Assembly: GCA_050248795.1 (NCBI GenBank) | Contig: JBFWRS010000006.1 | Span: 16,246 to 80,245, forward strand | DNA from: Burkholderiales bacterium | GTDB lineage: Bacteria > Pseudomonadota > Gammaproteobacteria > Burkholderiales > SG8-39 | Reading direction: 5' to 3' | DNA length: 64,000 nt | Notes under the pieces: model-generated | What the model saw: only the letters and a program-made list of their open reading frames with translations | The model's database searches: none | Told to the model about the DNA's origin: nothing | In this document: piece after piece, positions 59,209-64,000 of the stretch | Layout: the number at the start of each line of letters is the position of its first letter | Numbering within the stretch: position 1 is the stretch's first letter | Program-made: the position numbers and the translations under genes

Positions 59209-62200
59209 ATGAGCGCACGCCTGCGCGAGATTCCGTACAACTACACGTCGTTCTCCGACCGCGAGATCGTGCTGCGCCTGCTCGGCGCAGAGTGCTGGGA
59301 TGCGATCCTCGCGCTGCGCGGCGAGCGACGCACCGGCAGGTCCGCGCGCATGCTGTACGAGGTGCTTGGCGAGATGTGGGCGGTGGCGCGCAATCCCTAC
59401 CTCGAGGACGACCTGATCGAGCACGCAGGCCGCCGCGTGGACGTGGTCGAGGGCATGCGCCGCAGGCTCGCCGAGATCGACGCCAGGCGTGGCGACAATG
59501 CGCTGGTCGACAAGCTCCTGGCCGAAACGCGCAGCGCGCTCGCACGGTTCGAATCCTCGTTTGGCGAGACGCGCGAGCTGCGCGCCCGGGCGCTCAAGCG
59601 GCTCTCGCGCGTGACGCGGCGCGACAACATCCTTTTCGACGGCTTCGCGCGCGCCTCGCACGTCACCGACGCCACCGACTGGCGCGTCGAGTATCCGTTC
59701 GTGGTGCTGGTGCCGGACACCGAGGAGGAGGTCGTGGCGATCGTGCGCGAGCTCGTCGCGCTTCGCCTCACCATCATCCCGCGCGGCGGCGGCACAGGGT
59801 ACACCGGCGGCGCGGTGCCGCTTACGCGCCGTTCGGCCGTGATCAATACCGAAAAGCTCGAGTCTCTTGGCGAGGTCGAATGGACCGAGCTTCCGGGGCT
59901 CGGACGGCAGGCGCCGGTGATCCGCTGCGGCGCGGGCGTGGTGACGCGGCGCGTGATGGACGCAGCGGAAACGGCGGGGCTGGTGTTTGCGGTCGACCCC
60001 ACCTCCGCGGACGCGTCGTGCATCGGCGGCAACGTCGCCATGAACGCCGGCGGAAAGAAGGCGGTGATCTGGGGCACCGCGCTCGATAACCTCGCCTCGT
60101 GGCGCATGGTGACGCCGGATGCCGAGTGGCTGGAGGTGGAGCGCATCGGGCACAACCTCGGCAAGATCCACGACGCCGATGTCGCACGCTTCCGGCTGCG
60201 TCGCTATGGCGCGGACGGCCGCAAGCTGCTGGAAGAGCGCCAGCTCGAGCTGCCGGGCGCGTCCTTCCGCAAGCCCGGGCTCGGCAAGGACGTCACCGAC
60301 AAGTACCTCGGCGGCCTGCCCGGCGTGCAGAAGGAAGGCTGCGACGGCATCATCACCTCGGCGCGCTTCATCCTGCACCGCATGCCCGCGCACACGCGCA
60401 CCGTGTGCCTGGAGTTCTTCGGCTCGATGCGCGAGGCGGTTCCCGCGATCGTCGAAGTCGTGAAGCACGTCGAGGCACATCGCGGCGTCGTGCTCGCGGG
60501 GCTGGAGCACCTCGACCAGCGCTACCTGAAGGCGGTCGGCTACGCGACCAAGTCGCGCCGCAGCGAGCGCCCGCGCATGGTGCTGCTCGCGGACATCGCC
60601 GGCGACAACGTGGACGAGACGGCGTCGGTGGCCTCCGCCGTGGTACGGATCGCCAACGCGCGGCACGGCGAGGGCTTCATCGCCGTGTCGGCGGAGGCGC
60701 GCAAGCGCTTCTGGCTCGATCGCGCGCGCACGGCCGCAATCGCGCGGCACACCAACGCCTTCAAGATAAACGAGGACGTGGTGATTCCGCTGGCGCGGCT
60801 CGCCGACTACGCCGACGGCGTCGAGGCGATCAACATCGAGCTGTCCGCGGCCAACAAGCTCGAGCTGCTCGATGCGCTCGAAGCCTACTTCAGCGGCGAA
60901 CTTCCGCTCGAGCGCGAGGACAGCCTGCTGCCCTACGGCGAGCTGCTGGGCGACCGCGCGCGCCGCGCGCTCGATCTGATTGCGGGCGTGCGCAGGCGCT
61001 GGCTGCAGCTCGCCGCCGACCCCGAGGCGCTGCGGCCGCAGGTCGTGCGCATGTCCTGGAAGACCGAGCTGCGCGAGGAGCTGCGGCGCATCTTCTCCGG
61101 TGCCGCGTTCCGCCGCGTCGTCGAGGGCTTCGAGGCGGTGCATGCCCGCGTGCTGTCCGGCCGCGTGTTCGTCGCCCTGCACATGCACGCGGGCGATGGC
61201 AACGTGCACACCAACATCCCGGTCAACTCGGACAACTATGCCATGCTGCAGCGCGCGCGCGAGGCGGTAGGCCGCATCATGCGGCTCGCGGTGTCGCTCG
61301 GCGGCGTGGTGTCGGGCGAACACGGCATCGGCATCACCAAGCTGGAGTTCCTCGAGCCGGAGGCGCTGGCGCCGTTCCGCGAGTACAAGCGCGCGGTCGA
61401 TCCCGAGGGGCGCTTCAATGCCGGCAAGCTGATGGCGGGCGGCGATCTGGCGAATGCCTGGACGCCGAGCTTCTCGCTGATCGGCGCGGAGTCGCTGATC
61501 CTGGAGCAGACCGACCTGTCGGGCATCGCCGCATCGATGAAGGACTGCCTGCGCTGCGGCAAGTGCAAGCCGGTGTGCGCGACGCACGTGCCGCGCGCGA
61601 ACCTGCTCTATTCCCCGCGCAACAAGATCCTCGCCGCGTCGCTGCTGATCGAGGCGGTGCTGTACGAGGAGCAGACGCGCCACGGCGTCGCGCTCGCGCA
61701 CTACGATGAGCTTACCGACGTCGCCGACCATTGCACCGTCTGCCACAAGTGCGCGAGCCCGTGCCCGGTGGACATCGACTTCGGCGACGTTTCCATCGCC
61801 CTGAGGAACCTCCTGCGCAGGAGCGGAAAGCGCCGGCTGAACCCGGGCACGCGCGCGTCGATGTTCTTCCTCAATGCGACCGACCCGCGCACGGTGAACC
61901 TGGCGCGCAAGCTGATGATCGACTGGGGCTACGCGGCGCAGCGCGCGGCGCACGGCGTGGCGAAGCGCCTGGGGCTGACGCGGGCGCAGACCTCGCGCCC
62001 TCCGGCCACCACAGGCCCTGCGACCCTGCGCGCGCAGCTGGTGCACTTCGTCAACAAGCCGATGCCGGGCAACCTGCCCAAGCGCGCGGCGCGCGCGCTG
62101 CTGGACATCGAGGACCCGAAGATCGTGCCGATCATCCGCGACCCGATGCGTGCCGCCGAGGACGCCGAGGCGGTGTTCTACTTCCCGGGTTGCGGCTCGG

Positions 62201-62952
62201 AGAGGCTGTTCTCCCAGGTCGGGCTGGCCACGCAGGCGCTTCTTTACCACGCCGGCGTGCAGTGCGTGCTGCCGCCGGGCTACCTGTGCTGCGGCTACCC
62301 GCAGACGGCCGCGGGCGAGGCGCAGAAGGGCGAGGCGATCATCACCGCGAACCGGGTACTGTTCCATCGCCTCGCCACCACGCTCAACTACCTCGACATC
62401 CGCACGGTCGTGGTTTCCTGCGGCACCTGCATGGACCAGCTCGAGGCCTATGAGTTCGACCGGATCTTTCCCGGCAGCAGGCTGATCGACATCCACGAAT
62501 ACCTGCTCGAGAAGGGGATGCAGCTCGAAGGCGTGACCGGGACGCGCTACCTGTACCACGACCCCTGCCATTCGCCGATCCGGACGCAGCAGCCGATGCG
62601 GGTCGTCAACGCCCTGATGGGCGGTGGCGTCGGGCTGTCGGAGCGGTGCTGCGGCGAATCGGGGACGCTCGCGGTGACGCGCCCGGACGTGTCGACGCAG
62701 GTGCGCTTCCGCAAGGAGGAGGTGCTGCGCAAGGACGTACTGTCGGTGCGCGGCGACGGATTCGGCGGCGAGGTAAAGGTACTCACCTCCTGCCCGTCGT
62801 GCCTGCAGGGCCTCGCCCGGTTCTCGGATGACACTGGCACCGGTTCCGACTATATTGTGGTGGAGATGGCGCGCCACGTGCTCGGTGCGCAATGGTTGCC
62901 GGAGTTCGTCGGCAAGGCGAACGCCGGGGGCATCGAGCGGGTGCTGCTGTGA
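59209..62952 (+). CDS. DUF3683 / FAD-binding (GlcD-like) / 4Fe-4S + CCG-domain (GlcF-like) fusion oxidoreductase
   Basis: 1247 aa. N-terminus [23 protein letters not shown] motif [16 protein letters not shown], ferredoxin motifs [11 protein letters not shown] and [12 protein letters not shown], and CCG-type Cys motifs ([24 protein letters not shown]). Confidence 0.9.
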   Translation: MSARLREIPYNYTSFSDREIVLRLLGAECWDAILALRGERRTGRSARMLYEVLGEMWAVARNPYLEDDLIEHAGRRVDVVEGMRRRLAEIDARRGDNALVDKLLAETRSALARFESSFGETRELRARALKRLSRVTRRDNILFDGFARASHVTDATDWRVEYPFVVLVPDTEEEVVAIVRELVALRLTIIPRGGGTGYTGGAVPLTRRSAVINTEKLESLGEVEWTELPGLGRQAPVIRCGAGVVTRRVMDAAETAGLVFAVDPTSADASCIGGNVAMNAGGKKAVIWGTALDNLASWRMVTPDAEWLEVERIGHNLGKIHDADVARFRLRRYGADGRKLLEERQLELPGASFRKPGLGKDVTDKYLGGLPGVQKEGCDGIITSARFILHRMPAHTRTVCLEFFGSMREAVPAIVEVVKHVEAHRGVVLAGLEHLDQRYLKAVGYATKSRRSERPRMVLLADIAGDNVDETASVASAVVRIANARHGEGFIAVSAEARKRFWLDRARTAAIARHTNAFKINEDVVIPLARLADYADGVEAINIELSAANKLELLDALEAYFSGELPLEREDSLLPYGELLGDRARRALDLIAGVRRRWLQLAADPEALRPQVVRMSWKTELREELRRIFSGAAFRRVVEGFEAVHARVLSGRVFVALHMHAGDGNVHTNIPVNSDNYAMLQRAREAVGRIMRLAVSLGGVVSGEHGIGITKLEFLEPEALAPFREYKRAVDPEGRFNAGKLMAGGDLANAWTPSFSLIGAESLILEQTDLSGIAASMKDCLRCGKCKPVCATHVPRANLLYSPRNKILAASLLIEAVLYEEQTRHGVALAHYDELTDVADHCTVCHKCASPCPVDIDFGDVSIALRNLLRRSGKRRLNPGTRASMFFLNATDPRTVNLARKLMIDWGYAAQRAAHGVAKRLGLTRAQTSRPPATTGPATLRAQLVHFVNKPMPGNLPKRAARALLDIEDPKIVPIIRDPMRAAEDAEAVFYFPGCGSERLFSQVGLATQALLYHAGVQCVLPPGYLCCGYPQTAAGEAQKGEAIITANRVLFHRLATTLNYLDIRTVVVSCGTCMDQLEAYEFDRIFPGSRLIDIHEYLLEKGMQLEGVTGTRYLYHDPCHSPIRTQQPMRVVNALMGGGVGLSERCCGESGTLAVTRPDVSTQVRFRKEEVLRKDVLSVRGDGFGGEVKVLTSCPSCLQGLARFSDDTGTGSDYIVVEMARHVLGAQWLPEFVGKANAGGIERVLL

Positions 62953-63359
62953 GCACATGCGTGCTCTGCGATGCCGGGGATTCCCCGGCGCTCTGGCGCG
63001 ACGTCACCTGCAGGATCGTGCGCGCGCAGGAGCAGGGCTACCCGGGGTTTCTGCGGGTGATCCTCAACCGGCACGTGCGCGAGATGACTGACCTTGAAGA
63101 GTCCGAGAGGACGAGGCTGATGAACGCAGTCTGGGCGGCAGAGTCGGTGGTGAGGGAACTGTTCAAGCCGGACAAGGTGAACCTTGCCAGCTTCGGCAAC
63201 CAGGTGCCGCACCTGCACTGGCATGTCATCGCTCGCCACGCCGACGACCCGCACTTCCCGGAACCTGCCTGGGGGACGCCGCGCCGCGCGGCGCCGGCGG
63301 CGCACGCGGTGGTGACCGACGAACAGATCATGGCGCGCCTTGCGGCGCTGCTCGGGTAG
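62949..63359 (+). CDS. HIT domain protein
   Basis: 136 aa from GTG 62949 (GTGA overlap with the upstream stop): CVLCDA, and the histidine triad [11 protein letters not shown]. Confidence 0.85.
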   Translation: MSTCVLCDAGDSPALWRDVTCRIVRAQEQGYPGFLRVILNRHVREMTDLEESERTRLMNAVWAAESVVRELFKPDKVNLASFGNQVPHLHWHVIARHADDPHFPEPAWGTPRRAAPAAHAVVTDEQIMARLAALLG

Positions 63360-63363
63360 GCGC

Positions 63364-64000
63364 ATGAGCGACTTTGCGCTGCCGGAACTGTCTGCCGAGG
63401 CTTCGCCGGAGTTCACCGACGAAGACTCGGTAAAGGCGTGGCTCGAGCATGTGCCGCTCGCCAACGTCATCGAGGCGCAGCGCCAGCTGCTCGACCAGCT
63501 GGAGGAGTTCAATCGCCTGCCCACCAAGGCCTCGAGCCGCTTCGCCGTGCTGGAGGCGCTGCGCGAGGCGGTCAATTTCGTGCAGATCGAGCAGGCGAAG
63601 CGCTTCACCAACCGCGCATTGCCGATGGCGGAGAACGAGGCCCAGGTCTTCGCCGACACCATCGAGCTGTGGGAACAGATGCGCATCGGTTACCTGCGCT
63701 GCCTGGAAGCCTGCGCTTCCGGCGACGCGGGCATGCGCGGCCAGGGCGCGACGGTCTGCCAGCGCGCCCTGGTGTACTCCGGCCTGAAGATGTTCCACCA
63801 CTACCGTGCCTACCGGCAGGTGCCGGCGGCCGACTGGCGGGCGCTGCACGCGGTCTACGCCCAGTCCGAAGCGCTCGATGTCGCCGAGGAAGAGGTGAAG
63901 GACTACCTGAACCGCGACGTGCACGACACCTCGCCGCGCATCGCCTACGTCAGGGCGGTGATGATGGGGCTGGCGAACCCGAACGAGCTGGCGCAGCGCC
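63364..64000 (+). CDS. Conserved hypothetical protein (N-terminal 212 aa; continues beyond window)
   Basis: Absent from the ORF track because it runs off the edge. ATG 63364 gives MSDFALPELSAEASPEFTDEDSVKAWLEHVPLANV... with genome-typical codon usage and no internal stops to the window end. I cannot assign a function. Confidence 0.6.
   Translation, partial: MSDFALPELSAEASPEFTDEDSVKAWLEHVPLANVIEAQRQLLDQLEEFNRLPTKASSRFAVLEALREAVNFVQIEQAKRFTNRALPMAENEAQVFADTIELWEQMRIGYLRCLEACASGDAGMRGQGATVCQRALVYSGLKMFHHYRAYRQVPAADWRALHAVYAQSEALDVAEEEVKDYLNRDVHDTSPRIAYVRAVMMGLANPNELAQR

Overview
High-GC (roughly 68-73% in hand-counted coding samples) proteobacterial chromosome segment. The gene order (def-fmt-rsmB-DUF4390-ntrY-ntrX-trkA-trkH; prmA-accBC-aroQ; yqgE-ruvX-pyrR-pyrB-pyrC'; rlpA-dac-dat-ybeD-lipB-lipA; polA/DUF2782/thrB) is typical of Betaproteobacteria, probably Rhodocyclales or Burkholderiales, though I cannot place it more precisely by eye. 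About 70 genes are packed almost end to end, many joined by 4-nt ATGA/GTGA start-stop overlaps, and almost all are conserved housekeeping functions. I found no rRNA, tRNA, CRISPR array, IS or transposase, integrase, prophage or recognisable defence island. I also found nothing I can honestly call a clearly novel multi-gene system. The parts worth a second look are listed here. (1) The metH leader has a near-consensus promoter and an intrinsic-terminator hairpin that abuts the start codon, so it is an attenuator or riboswitch candidate. (2) An accessory-looking block at 14.2-20.2 kb holds a MarR-divergent operon (MetE-like methyltransferase, aryl-CoA ligase, FAH-family hydrolase, PcaHG dioxygenase). 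It converges on a rhodanese/4HBT-thioesterase pair and matches no textbook pathway. (3) trkH is about 15 GC points lower than its neighbours. (4) A 33-codon Thx ribosomal protein gene is missing from the ORF track. (5) A sigma-54 promoter and an NtrC-like site precede the porin-glnK-amtB operon. (6) The NtrX-like regulator has a degenerate AAA+ core. (7) A conserved orphan module combines a membrane protein, a 1247-aa DUF3683/FAD/Fe-S fusion and a HIT protein. The many long ORFs antisense to real genes in the six-frame track are high-GC artefacts.
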